A stretch of DNA of 27,388 nt from a virus (lineage: Duplodnaviria > Heunggongvirae > Uroviricota > Caudoviricetes). Shown piece by piece: positions 12,834-22,581 of this stretch (position 1 is its first letter; the number at the start of each line of letters is the position of its first letter). A model generated the notes under the pieces. The model did not search any database, had not been told where the DNA came from, and saw only the letters and a program-made list of their open reading frames with translations. The stretch is from IMG/VR virus record IMGVR_UViG_2563366848_000006; one strand, 5' to 3'. A program made the position numbers and the translations under genes.

Positions 12834-13072
12834 CAGAGTTCATCCAGCGTCACACGTACTGGCTTAGGATTACGAAGCCGTTCTTTCACTATCTCCACAA
12901 GTTCAGCATCTTCATCACTCAGGAGTGTCTGTTTGAACGGCAAGCGTTCATTGTCAGCGATATACTCGAGCATGAGACGAAGCGCTTCAGAAGGAGTTAC
13001 ACCCATTTTTTCAAGCGCGGCGTAAGAACGCGCTTTAAGTTCATCGTCAATACGCAGGTTAATGCTACCCAT
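12833..13072 (-). CDS. relB: RelB antitoxin (79 aa)
   Basis: ORF track 79 aa MGSINLRIDDELKARSYAALEKMGVTPSEALRLMLEYIADNERLPFKQTLLSDEDAELVEIVKERLRNPKPVRVTLDEL; stop overlaps relE start (ATGA). Confidence 0.95.
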   Translation of the reverse strand: MGSINLRIDDELKARSYAALEKMGVTPSEALRLMLEYIADNERLPFKQTLLSDEDAELVEIVKERLRNPKPVRVTLDEL

Positions 13073-13084
13073 GTCTTACACCTC

Positions 13085-13109
13085 TTGTAATTACAAATGT
13101 CATTACAAG
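13085..13109. promoter_or_regulatory. relBE operator-like palindromes (TTGTAATTACAA and adjacent TGTCATTACAAG)
   Basis: Perfect 12-bp palindrome ttgtaattacaa immediately upstream of relB plus an adjacent related repeat; overlaps the ydfV start codon on the other strand. Confidence 0.5.
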
Positions 13110-13402
13110 TATCGCACTACAACATGCTTAGGGCAAGTCACGAAGGAAGTCAGAAAGTAGTCGTAAGAACGGTGATCACTGTCCGCTTTGTGCCAGGAGC
13201 AGCCATTGCTAAGTCCATCCTGTATTGTGCAGGTCAGCTCGTTTTTAAAGAGTCCGGCCATCATCTTACTGGTACAGACACCATATACTTTGTGACGGTC
13301 AGGCTACATATGCACAACTCAACTTATTCATCTATTTTTTGCTTTAGCATGTCAGTGTTGCTTTCTCGTCGGCGGGTGAGCGGTGACCTGACCTGTCGAT
13401 AA
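13097..13402 (+). CDS. ydfV: YdfV-like hypothetical protein (101 aa)
   Basis: ORF track 101 aa MSLQVSHYNMLRASHEGSQKVVVRTVITVRF...; divergent from relB; matches Qin ydfV by position and recalled sequence. Confidence 0.6.
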   Translation: MSLQVSHYNMLRASHEGSQKVVVRTVITVRFVPGAAIAKSILYCAGQLVFKESGHHLTGTDTIYFVTVRLHMHNSTYSSIFCFSMSVLLSRRRVSGDLTCR

Positions 13403-13554
13403 AGGAACGTAACACGTTTTATGCAACACCCGCATGCGGCAGAAAATTATTGCCGAACGTTTACCCCTGTCAACAAGCTTTACTTTCTGAGGCGCGCCAG
13501 CCCGCGAGGAAAACAATCTGAACATCAAACAATTAATGACACAAGAAATACGAT

Positions 13555-13581
13555 TAAAGATTTTTTTGTGCATGCCGATAG
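13555..13581 (+). promoter_or_regulatory. Sigma28 (FliA)-type promoter for flxA: TAAAGATT-(11 nt)-GCCGATAG
   Basis: Matches the class-3 flagellar promoter consensus TAAAGTTT-N11-GCCGATAA; followed by AAGGAG and the flxA ATG at 13605. Confidence 0.6.
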
Positions 13582-13604
13582 TGCTTTTTTAAAAGGAGAA
13601 ATCT

Positions 13605-13937
13605 ATGTCTGTCACAATTCAGGGAAATACCTCAACCGTTATTTCAAACAACTCCGCCCCGGAAGGAACATCAGAAATAGCCAAAATCACAAGACAAATT
13701 CAGGTGCTGACTGAAAAGCTTGGGAAAATCTCATCGGAAGAGGGGATGACGACACAGCAGAAAAAAGAAATGGCTGCATTGGTACAGAAGCAAATTGAAA
13801 GCCTCTGGGCTCAACTGGAGCAGTTGTTAAGGCAGCAGGCAGAGAAAAAGAATGAAGACGCGACAGTTCAGCCTGATAAAAAAGAAGAGAAAAAAGACGA
13901 TACAAATACCGCTGGCACCATTGATATTTACGTCTAA
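13605..13937 (+). CDS. flxA: FlxA (110 aa), FliA-regulated protein
   Basis: ORF track 110 aa MSVTIQGNTSTVISNNSAPEGTSEIAKITRQIQVLTEKLGKISSEEGMTTQQKKEMAALVQ..., recognised as FlxA. Confidence 0.9.
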   Translation: MSVTIQGNTSTVISNNSAPEGTSEIAKITRQIQVLTEKLGKISSEEGMTTQQKKEMAALVQKQIESLWAQLEQLLRQQAEKKNEDATVQPDKKEEKKDDTNTAGTIDIYV

Positions 13938-13951
13938 GTGACAGCCGTATT

Positions 13952-13974
13952 GTGGCCCTCATCGGGCCACTTTT
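13952..13974 (+). terminator. Rho-independent terminator after flxA
   Basis: gtggccc-tcatc-gggccac hairpin followed by tttt. Confidence 0.6.
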
Positions 13975-14373
13975 CGCCATCAGCCTTTTCTTTAAAGACA
14001 TATTATCTTTGTATCATTTCTGATAGTTAACATTACAAGATATAAGTAATGGACGCACTCCCAATTAGTCTATTTAAATCGCCACGAGTTTAACTGACAA
14101 CCCATGATCAATTATGAATTGCAACTATTTCTGTAGTCACTTTTGTGGGGACAGTCCACAAAACTGCCAACTTCCGCTTCTTGCTCTTAGCGGACATTAG
14201 CATAGGCTATTTACCATAACGCCTCATTACGCGCACCGCCCAGACTGACTCAGCGCGTTTCTGGCATATCCCCGGTAAAACAAGTAACAAACCACCCGAA
14301 AATGAACACCAGAAACGCGACTTAAGAATCTACCCTATGAATGGATATGCACTCAACCGAATCGATCTTGGTT

Positions 14374-15687
14374 TCAATCTTTTTTATCGGGATCAGGCTT
14401 CTTTTTAGGTAACTTCGGGGGCTTAACTTGCTGATGACTTTGCGTTCGGCGCGTAAGCCAGGGATGGTCAGCTTTAGGTTTAACATAGTATTTTGAGCGT
14501 AAATCAATACGGGCATTATCCACTCGTTCATGGACACTCTTTTCATCATCCAGTGGTATAGGCTCCGGGCCATCAACATACTTTTCCCAGCCCAGCGCTT
14601 TCCCGTCATACAGAACGTTAATTTCACCGTCAAAGTTCTCGCATACAGTAACAACCGAATGCCTAAGTCGATATCCCCGGCCCTCACTGCGTACCTGAAA
14701 CGCACTGCTTTTGTACTGGAAAGTGAGATTTTTAGACAGAACGCGCTTCGCCTGTAGGCTGAAGATATAACCCAGTTCCTCTTCAGAATGGTGCACATCA
14801 AGATGAGCATTATCAGTAGTACGAGGCGACGTAGCGAACCGGTTGTTATAGGCTTCAATAAAGGTCGGCAACCATGCATTTGCTGTTTCAATATCACTGA
14901 TATTCTGAAGCCGCATTTCTTTGACCAGCCTGTCCTGTAGTGTCTGATTGGCGCGCTCTACCCGCCCTTTTGCCTGCGGGCTGTTGGCATGGATTGGCTC
15001 GATGCCCAGTGTCTTTATCGCACGAGTGAACTGGGTCAGCTCACCTTCCCGCTCTGGGTTATTTACCCTGAATATACTGTGTCTATCAGAGTAGAGAGCG
15101 AGCGGTACGCCATGATCATTAAGGTAACCCCGGAGGGTTTCCATGTAAGCCCGGGTTGTTTCAGCAGGCACAAAACGCAACGCCATCAACGCACTGGTGG
15201 CATCATCAATGAAAACGATCAGTGTACATCTGGGGCCTCGGTTTTCAAACCAGTCATGAGGTGAGCCATCAATCTGGATCAGTTCACCGTAAGATGGTCG
15301 TCGCATGCGGCGTTGATATATACGGGCAATTTTACGACGGCGTTCACGCCATAACCCCTCTTCTATCATCCACTTTCTGAGAGTTTCAACGGATAAAGAT
15401 AAACCGTGTATCTCGCGCAATTTTTCGCACGCAAACGTAGGTCCAAAATCAGCGTAACGGCCTTTGAGGAGTGAAATTACTGTTGCTCTGAATTCAGTAG
15501 AAAAGGAATTATTAGGACGCTTTCCACGTCGGTGGGAAACCAGACCAGAAGGCCCTTCATTTCTATACCGTTGCACCAGACGTTTAACCTGCCGAATAGA
15601 AATGCCAATGCGTGCCGCAGCTTGTTCCTGAATAATCTGAAGTCGGTGGAGTTCCTTATGACTCATCGTAACAGTCTCTTTGATCAT
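14374..15687 (-). CDS. DDE-type integrase/transposase-like protein (437 aa) with N-terminal HTH and rve-like catalytic core (IS481/ISNCY-like; possibly the intact form of K-12 intK/ydfW)
   Basis: ORF track 437 aa; HTH-like N-terminus (IGISIRQVKRLVQRY), candidate catalytic acidic residues (IQIDGS, FIDDAT, LYSDRHS) and ...SPQAKGRVERANQTLQDRL typical of the integrase core domain. Element termini not identified. Confidence 0.8.
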   Translation of the reverse strand: MIKETVTMSHKELHRLQIIQEQAAARIGISIRQVKRLVQRYRNEGPSGLVSHRRGKRPNNSFSTEFRATVISLLKGRYADFGPTFACEKLREIHGLSLSVETLRKWMIEEGLWRERRRKIARIYQRRMRRPSYGELIQIDGSPHDWFENRGPRCTLIVFIDDATSALMALRFVPAETTRAYMETLRGYLNDHGVPLALYSDRHSIFRVNNPEREGELTQFTRAIKTLGIEPIHANSPQAKGRVERANQTLQDRLVKEMRLQNISDIETANAWLPTFIEAYNNRFATSPRTTDNAHLDVHHSEEELGYIFSLQAKRVLSKNLTFQYKSSAFQVRSEGRGYRLRHSVVTVCENFDGEINVLYDGKALGWEKYVDGPEPIPLDDEKSVHERVDNARIDLRSKYYVKPKADHPWLTRRTQSHQQVKPPKLPKKKPDPDKKD

Positions 15688-16021
15688 GAAAAATCCCCCA
15701 GAGAATTGTCTGGGGACATTTTAGAATGGTTCAAAGGGGACATTACAGCTTGGTGTTAACAATAGCCTGCTTCTCCGTGCCTTTCGGCACGTAAGAGGCT
15801 AACCTACATGTGTCTAGCATGAAATTGGCCTCAGATTAATGTTAAGCGTCTTGCAGGACGCGTAATGTTAACTGGGGCTTTTCTCTATCTGCCGTTGGTG
15901 TCCATGCCCGAGGCAGATAGCCTCAAGCACCCGCAGTCATTCTACTTAACTAAGATTTCCCCGCAAACCGTTTTTGTCCAGCACAGTAAATATCCAACTA
16001 AACCAATGGAGTTCGCTGTAT

Positions 16022-16201
16022 TTACCGCCAGTATTCAATGCACATGACCGCCATGAACACCCCTAAAAAAAGGGCATTTATATATCCAAATATTAATATC
16101 AAAACATCAACTTTTTCCATATACCTTGCTGTGAAGATGATGGGCATACATGATGCGAACAACCAGAACGCAACAAACAAAAACTGCAATGCGTTTTTCA
16201 T
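16022..16201 (-). CDS. Candidate small two-TM membrane protein (~59 aa) in an AT-rich island
   Basis: ORF track 16022-16240; internal ATG at 16199-16201 preceded by AGGAGG gives MKNALQFLFVAFWLFASCMPIIFTARYMEKVDVLILIFGYINALFLGVFMAVMCIEYWR (two hydrophobic helices). Confidence 0.4.
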   Translation of the reverse strand: MKNALQFLFVAFWLFASCMPIIFTARYMEKVDVLILIFGYINALFLGVFMAVMCIEYWR

Positions 16202-16455
16202 TATTCCTCCTACAATCAATGTGCAATTACATTTAAACACACCTCAATTTGGCCGGACATATAAATATCTAAACCAGAAAAAATCACTTACATAGCGTTA
16301 CAAACTCTTTAGTCTAAAGGTTCATCGTAAAACATTCCCCATACTTATCAGTCCGTTCCGCGCCAGGTAGCTCATTGCCTTATCTGGCAACCTGTAATCA
16401 GGTTTCCGCTTTTTCAGTTGGCTGGTCGTTTAACCGACATAGTTAATCCATTAAT

Positions 16456-16743
16456 CTAGTTGCCGGATGTTGGTGGATTTTCGCGTTTTAGTTGTTCATA
16501 AAAGTGCACAGCTTTAACCAGTTCTTCTGATGTAACTGGGACTGGTGAGGCAGTGAATAAGGCCTGAATTTGATAGTTCGGCCTGTCGTTACAATCCTCT
16601 TTTTTCGGTACATATTTCCAGTCACCAGACCACTACTTCCCCTGAAAGTCCGTAACGCCTTTTTTCACGTAGCGATATCGCCATGCCACTGGTTTTGCTT
16701 GCCCCGCCGTTTCATGCCCTTCCTGATAATTAATCTCGCTCAT
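16456..16743 (-). pseudogene. Possible gene remnant interrupted by an in-frame amber codon (36 aa + TAG + 58 aa)
   Basis: Self-translated: MSEINYQEGHETAGQAKPVAWRYRYVKKGVTDFQGK*WSGDWKYVPKKEDCNDRPNYQIQALFTASPVPVTSEELVKAVHFYEQLKRENPPTSGN; the frame stays open 58 codons past the TAG at 16633-16635. Relies on my reading of the text. Confidence 0.25.
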
Positions 16744-17353
16744 TCATCGCCCCACTCATCACAATATGCTTCGACCGGAGTTTTTCCCGCTTCATAGTCA
16801 TCACGCTAGGATTCGACATCAGCAGCACTTCCACCGCGTAACTCACCATAGTCCATTAATAGTTCATCCCGCTCTTCAAAACTGATGTTATATTTAGCTG
16901 AACAAAAATCAGCCACTTTGTTCTTCCTCATCGTCTTTTATTTCGTGGTATGAGTAATTGCAGTAGTTAAAGAAAATTTCTTATGCTCCGTCATGAATTT
17001 CCTCAGGTGTTGCGTCATCGTCCACTTCGAATACATCCTCAAAATCTCCACCAGCTATTCCCGTTTCAATAATAATTTTGAACTTTCGCATTTCACTACC
17101 GCCCTTTCGGGCGGCCTCCTGATGTTCTGAGGGTGCAGAAATCCATCCGGTTAAGGATTAAATTTTATTTACAGAACTGAATTTAATTATTCAGATATAC
17201 GTATCTGTAGCCTTACGAATCTACTCACTGGATGCCTCTTTCATAAAAATAATCCAGTGGGTTTTATCGTTTTTTCCCTGTTCGTTGACAGATAACAGGT
17301 TTTCTGTCTGTCAGTGCCAGAATCTGGCTTACCGGTATTTGCGTTTCATTCCA

Positions 17354-17710
17354 TTAAAAAATCAGAACGCCGTGCGGCCTCAACACCCGAAAGGCTTCTT
17401 TAAATCTCTGTCGCGAATCATCACGCCAGGCATCTTTATTCAGCCGTCCATATTTCTTTCCCATCCAGGCGTTATCACCAACACTCTCAAGATGCGGAGG
17501 GTCTAATACAACCATCGAAAAAGATGCGTCTGCAAATGATAATGCACGAAAATCTGCGATAATGTCAGGGCTGATAATCAAGCGTCTCCCATTGCGTAAT
17601 GTGTATCCTTCTTTTCTGATATCGCTGAATATCGCCCGTTCGTCAGACTTATCGAACCAGAACATGCGGCTGCCACAGCACATATCAAGAATGGTTGCCG
17701 GTGCACTCAC
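17354..17710 (-). pseudogene. Truncated DNA (amino-)methyltransferase-like ORF (118 aa: SAM-binding motif plus DPPH catalytic motif, C-terminal part missing)
   Basis: ORF track 118 aa with ILDMCCGSR (motif I-like) and VVLDPPH (motif IV DPP[YFH]); ends right after the expected beta-strand GVLIF. The same frame continues a further 29 codons after the TAA stop. Confidence 0.45.
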
Positions 17711-18129
17711 TGCGCCACGTCCTGAAAATTACCCTGATAGAAAGCCAGTATGCGCTGCATAACTTCGCTCTTCCGGCACTCGCGACAGATTATGTTTAGG
17801 CGACTGTCGTAGCGACGTATTTCTCCGTCAGGTGATGACCAGATAAGGTCCGGATCAACCACAGCAGGTTTCTTCACCTTTGCCCTCGAGAGTTTTTTGC
17901 GGGCGTTTTGCCAGTCCTTACGCGCCTGTTCAGAGGGGAATAACCCGTAGCCGGAGTTGTATACATCGCCACTGGCTACCAGCTCTCTGGCAAGAACGCT
18001 CATCAGATATCTAGTCGCACCTGTTTTAGCTTCCAGTTGCCGTAACGTCTCACGGCCGCTCTGGCGCACGAGTTCCACCACCTGCCATTTAATTTTTTCC
18101 CGCTCTTCTTGTGTAAAAACTTTTGCCAC
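17707..18129 (-). CDS. Hypothetical protein (140 aa), replication-region gene
   Basis: ORF track 140 aa MAKVFTQEEREKIKWQVVELVRQSGRETLRQLEAKTGATRY...; 4-bp overlap with the downstream methyltransferase-like ORF. Confidence 0.55.
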   Translation of the reverse strand: MAKVFTQEEREKIKWQVVELVRQSGRETLRQLEAKTGATRYLMSVLARELVASGDVYNSGYGLFPSEQARKDWQNARKKLSRAKVKKPAVVDPDLIWSSPDGEIRRYDSRLNIICRECRKSEVMQRILAFYQGNFQDVAQ

Positions 18130-18169
18130 AAGTCCCCCTTAAAATTACCTCATGACCTGAAATCAACAC

Positions 18170-19189
18170 TTATCCTCTGAAACCAGGCGGAATTTCTGTA
18201 TCCGGTTCAGAAATATGATTAACACAACGCTGTACAGGTGAACGTCCCAGGCGGATGACCAGTTCGTCCCATTTTTCGCGGAGCTTTGACGGGCTCATGA
18301 TGTTTTTTACCCAGAATGGATCTCGCTGAACCCGACCAAACATTTCGCAAATTTGTCTGTGGCTTCTGCCATCCAGCATCCGCATTGTGCGCACGTCATT
18401 GGCCCAGGCAGTCCAGTTAGGCTCTTTTGGTCGCATGATCTCGCCATCATCACTGGCTGCCTGTTCGTAGAGACCCACGATCCGCCCCCAGATCCACTGC
18501 GCACACGCCAAATCCTCCCTGCTACCCCACTGGCGTTTTTTCGCACTAAACACAACCGCGTCGGAGTTCCGGGTTAAAAAATCCTGTTCAGTCGTCTGCG
18601 GGTCCGGTTGCGAAGCTTCCGGACGAAAAGTGTTTTTATTCTCTGTAGTAATCTCTGTTGTATTCTCTGTAAGATCATCAGGCCATTTTGACCCGATGAC
18701 ATTGGGTCGTTTTGAACCAATGGAGCGTTTCATTTTGACCTCTTCCATCGTGTCATTTTGACCTGATGGAGCGGCGCATTTTGAACCGATGGATTCGCTC
18801 AATTTGCCACCATCTAAAAGCTCGCTCCCATAGTTGATCGTGTAGAAATTGGTCATATCGCGCTTTGATTTATTGAGCTTTTCACAACGCAAAAGCCCCA
18901 GCGTTTTCAGACTTGCAAACGCGCGCTTTAACGTTGACTCTGACCAGAATGGGAACTGTTCCAGCCATTGTTCCGTTGTGTTATAAATCCAGCGAACACC
19001 ATCACATTCCATGCCGGAGTTGGTATCTCTCAACCAGTAGTGCAGTTGTTGCAAAACAATGGCTTCGTTTAAGCCAATTTTCATTGCCAGCTGCGTGTTT
19101 ATAACCAGTGGGCGTTCAGCAAAAAGAAGGCTCATAATTCCATCCAGCTTTTTGTTGGTATTGCTGTCGATACGCAAGTTTGAAAGCAA
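18170..19189 (-). CDS. Putative replication initiator (O-like replisome-organiser N-terminal domain); true start may be Met19 at ~19135
   Basis: ORF track 339 aa; N-terminal segment MSLLFAERPLVINTQLAMKIGLNEAIVLQQLHYWL resembles phage replication-initiator winged-helix N-termini; position right after the cro-like dicC and the 173-aa gene. Confidence 0.55.
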   Translation of the reverse strand: MLSNLRIDSNTNKKLDGIMSLLFAERPLVINTQLAMKIGLNEAIVLQQLHYWLRDTNSGMECDGVRWIYNTTEQWLEQFPFWSESTLKRAFASLKTLGLLRCEKLNKSKRDMTNFYTINYGSELLDGGKLSESIGSKCAAPSGQNDTMEEVKMKRSIGSKRPNVIGSKWPDDLTENTTEITTENKNTFRPEASQPDPQTTEQDFLTRNSDAVVFSAKKRQWGSREDLACAQWIWGRIVGLYEQAASDDGEIMRPKEPNWTAWANDVRTMRMLDGRSHRQICEMFGRVQRDPFWVKNIMSPSKLREKWDELVIRLGRSPVQRCVNHISEPDTEIPPGFRG

Positions 19190-19637
19190 TTGCTTTTTCT
19201 ATAAGTTCGTCAGTTTCACGATCCACTACGGCAGGATCAGCAAAAAGCAGTCCGGACTCCACCACATCGCCATATTCTTTGTTTAACCCGGCGATCATGC
19301 ACGTGATGCTTTTTCCGTCAGTAATTTCACGATACAACCTGAAATCATTAATCCGGATAGCCTCCATAATTGCAGGCACTAGCGCCGTGAACTTTTCACG
19401 CTTATCCCTGGTGTCGATAGCCTTCCAGCGTTCAAATATCTTCACTCGATTAACGCCAAGCGCTCGCTGATCAATCGCGCCACCTTCATATGTGACACGC
19501 TGAACATCGATGTTCGGGCGCTCTTTCAAAGCCCAGAATGCTTCAGTGATTAATATCGTCGCCTGCTCCTGTGTCATTCCTGGTCGACATATCCAGGCAT
19601 CCAGAGCCTCACGAGCCTGTTCAGGAGTGATTTTCAT
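19116..19637 (-). CDS. Hypothetical early protein (173 aa), ydfX-like position
   Basis: ORF track 173 aa MKITPEQAREALDAWICRPGMTQEQATILITEAFWALKERP...; first gene downstream of dicC. Confidence 0.55.
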   Translation of the reverse strand: MKITPEQAREALDAWICRPGMTQEQATILITEAFWALKERPNIDVQRVTYEGGAIDQRALGVNRVKIFERWKAIDTRDKREKFTALVPAIMEAIRINDFRLYREITDGKSITCMIAGLNKEYGDVVESGLLFADPAVVDRETDELIEKAIAFKLAYRQQYQQKAGWNYEPSFC

Positions 19638-19851
19638 TGTTCAACCGCCCCGCCCGCTTCGTCTTACGATATTCATCATAAACTTTGGGATCATACTGAA
19701 GCTCCCCGCCAGATGCCTCCTGTAGACGCATCGCGCGACCTTCGGGAACTAAATCCCCTTTCCAGCTATAAAGCGAAGCCAAACGAATACCTGCTGCTTG
19801 TGCAAGTTTTGTTTTTGAACCGAAATACAAAAGAGCGTCAGTTTTAAGCAT
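19621..19851 (-). CDS. dicC: DicC (Cro-like repressor, 76 aa)
   Basis: ORF track 76 aa MLKTDALLYFGSKTKLAQAAGIRLASLYSWKGDLVPEGRAMRLQEASGGELQYDPKVYDEYRKTKRAGRLNNENHS, recognised as DicC; divergent from dicA. Confidence 0.9.
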   Translation of the reverse strand: MLKTDALLYFGSKTKLAQAAGIRLASLYSWKGDLVPEGRAMRLQEASGGELQYDPKVYDEYRKTKRAGRLNNENHS

Positions 19852-19866
19852 TTAAAACACCTTTAT

Positions 19867-19884
19867 TGTTAGTTATAACTAACA
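19867..19884. promoter_or_regulatory. Perfect 18-bp palindrome TGTTAG-TTATAA-CTAACA in the dicC-dicA intergenic region (DicA/DicC operator)
   Basis: Exact inverted repeat seen in sequence between the divergent repressor genes. Confidence 0.65.
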
Positions 19885-19934
19885 AGATAGATGTTAACAA
19901 AAACATAGTCAATACGATTTAGCATTAGCTAACT

Positions 19935-20342
19935 ATGGAAACAAAAAATTTAACTATCGGCGAACGCATCAGGTATCGTCGGAAAAACCTCAAACACACC
20001 CAAAGGTCTCTTGCTAAAGCCCTGAAAATCTCCCATGTGTCTGTATCACAATGGGAACGGGGTGATAGTGAACCTACAGGGAAGAACCTTTTTGCCCTCA
20101 GCAAAGTATTGCAATGCTCACCAACATGGATTCTATTTGGCGATGAAGACAAGCAACCAACACCACCTGTTGAGAAGCCAGTTGCCTTATCCCCCAAAGA
20201 ACTAGAGCTCCTTGAGCTGTTTAATGCACTGCCAGAATCAGAACAGGATACCCAGCTCGCCGAAATGCGAGCTCGAGTAAAAAACTTCAATAAACTCTTT
20301 GAAGAATTACTAAAAGCCCGTCAGCGGACAAATAAAAGATAA
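19935..20342 (+). CDS. dicA: DicA repressor (HTH_XRE, 135 aa)
   Basis: ORF track 135 aa METKNLTIGERIRYRRKNLKHTQRSLAKALKISHVSVSQWERGDSEPTGKNLFALSKVLQCSPTWILFGDED..., recognised as DicA. Confidence 0.95.
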   Translation: METKNLTIGERIRYRRKNLKHTQRSLAKALKISHVSVSQWERGDSEPTGKNLFALSKVLQCSPTWILFGDEDKQPTPPVEKPVALSPKELELLELFNALPESEQDTQLAEMRARVKNFNKLFEELLKARQRTNKR

Positions 20343-20412
20343 CATCATCAATGAGTTATCTTTTACCACATCAATTACGTTAGCTATAGCATACAAAATC
20401 ACTTGACCGATA

Positions 20413-20441
20413 TGTTAGTCATGGCTAATCTTGTTTGCATC
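20413..20441 (+). promoter_or_regulatory. Candidate PdicB promoter (-35 TTGACC, 17 bp, -10 TAATCT) overlapped by operator-like half-sites TGTTAG...CTAATC
   Basis: Sigma70-like hexamers with an imperfect copy of the upstream palindrome overlapping the spacer and -10; located between dicA and ydfA. Confidence 0.5.
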
Positions 20442-20508
20442 AACACACCGCACGGTGTTCTCAGCAAACAGTTCCGCTACCCCAGCGTTAAGGGGAAATG
20501 AGGTCAGC

Positions 20509-20664
20509 ATGGATACTATCGATCTTGGCAACAACGAATCTCTGGTGTACGGCGTGTTTCCAAACCAGGACGGCACGTTCACCGCAATGACGTATACCAA
20601 AAGCAAAACGTTTAAAACCGAAAATGGTGCCCGTCGCTGGCTGGAAAGAAACTCAGGTGAGTGA
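20509..20664 (+). CDS. ydfA: YdfA (51 aa)
   Basis: Internal start of track ORF 20431-20664: MDTIDLGNNESLVYGVFPNQDGTFTAMTYTKSKTFKTENGARRWLERNSGE, recognised as YdfA. Confidence 0.8.
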   Translation: MDTIDLGNNESLVYGVFPNQDGTFTAMTYTKSKTFKTENGARRWLERNSGE

Positions 20665-20665
20665 T

Positions 20666-20794
20666 ATGGATTTCGACACAATCATGGAAAAGGCTTACGA
20701 AGAATACTTCGAAGGCCTTGCCGAAGGCGAAGAAGCTCTCAGCTTCAGTGAGTTTAAACAGGCGCTTTCCAGTTCGGCAAAATCTAACGGCTGA
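20666..20794 (+). CDS. ydfB: YdfB (42 aa)
   Basis: Self-translated: MDFDTIMEKAYEEYFEGLAEGEEALSFSEFKQALSSSAKSNG; begins 1 nt after the ydfA stop. Confidence 0.75.
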   Translation: MDFDTIMEKAYEEYFEGLAEGEEALSFSEFKQALSSSAKSNG

Positions 20795-20823
20795 TAAGCG
20801 AAACAGCACCGCGAGGAATCAGT

Positions 20824-21042
20824 ATGCAGAAACGAGAACCCGTCATCATCGCGCCAGACTATACCGATGATGAACTTTATGAGTGGATGCGCCAGAAAAT
20901 TAATGCAGCGCAGGATCTGAAATGGGCTAATGAAGCCAGGGCTAAGCAGGCTGAAAATCTGTCCGCTCTGGAGCAGGATATCACCAATCTGGAAAAAGCA
21001 GCGGCATTAAGCATTGCCAGAATGATTACATACCCGCGTTAG
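20824..21042 (+). CDS. ydfC: YdfC (72 aa)
   Basis: ORF track 72 aa MQKREPVIIAPDYTDDELYEWMRQKINAAQDLKWANEARAKQAENLSALEQDITNLEKAAALSIARMITYPR. Confidence 0.8.
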   Translation: MQKREPVIIAPDYTDDELYEWMRQKINAAQDLKWANEARAKQAENLSALEQDITNLEKAAALSIARMITYPR

Positions 21043-21347
21043 TAGCTAATCAACAAAGCTAAGGTTAGTAATTAAGGAGTTCTCCACGGGTGAGGTGGAG
21101 TGCGTGCGCCGGACACGGGTGCGCATCCGGAACTGACAGTTTACTGAAAGGATATTTCCCTGAAAAGTCAGACCATAACGCGAAAGCGCACGGCGAGGTA
21201 GCTGGTTCATAGATAGCCTGTCGTTAAATTTTCGTCGACCGTGCGCTTCCGGTTGTGGCAACCCGCGAAATGGCGCGGCGGTAAGTATGGCGGGGTTATT
21301 CCTTCCCCGTTGAGGACACCGGGTTGTCAGGTTGACCATACGCTTAA

Positions 21348-22542
<1,195 letters not shown>

Positions 22543-22581
22543 TTAAGTGACAACCCCGCTGCAACGCCCTCTGTTATCAAT

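Noticed and set aside
14455-14465. Apparent +1 frame break in the DDE gene at the 14460/14461 junction (four g's in my reading)
   Set aside because: The supplied ORF track shows a continuous 437-aa ORF whose translation requires three g's; most likely my mis-reading of the text rather than a real frameshift, so not reported as a pseudogene.
14322-14897. 191-aa ORF overlapping the 3' part of the DDE integrase/transposase gene
   Set aside because: Alternative frame of a gene with a clear 437-aa product; no independent start signals.
15700-15930. Inverted and direct repeats upstream of the DDE gene (ccccaga/tctgggg stem; ctatctgcc/ggcagatag 9-bp arms; GGGGACAT direct repeats) as possible IS termini
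   Set aside because: No matching inverted partner was found in the opposite flank (14100-14370), so they cannot be assigned as element ends; more likely transcript leader structure or binding sites.
16038-16295. 85-aa plus-strand ORF antisense to the small membrane-protein ORF
   Set aside because: AT-rich region produces long open frames by chance; no ribosome-binding site; the opposite-strand ORF has a far better one.
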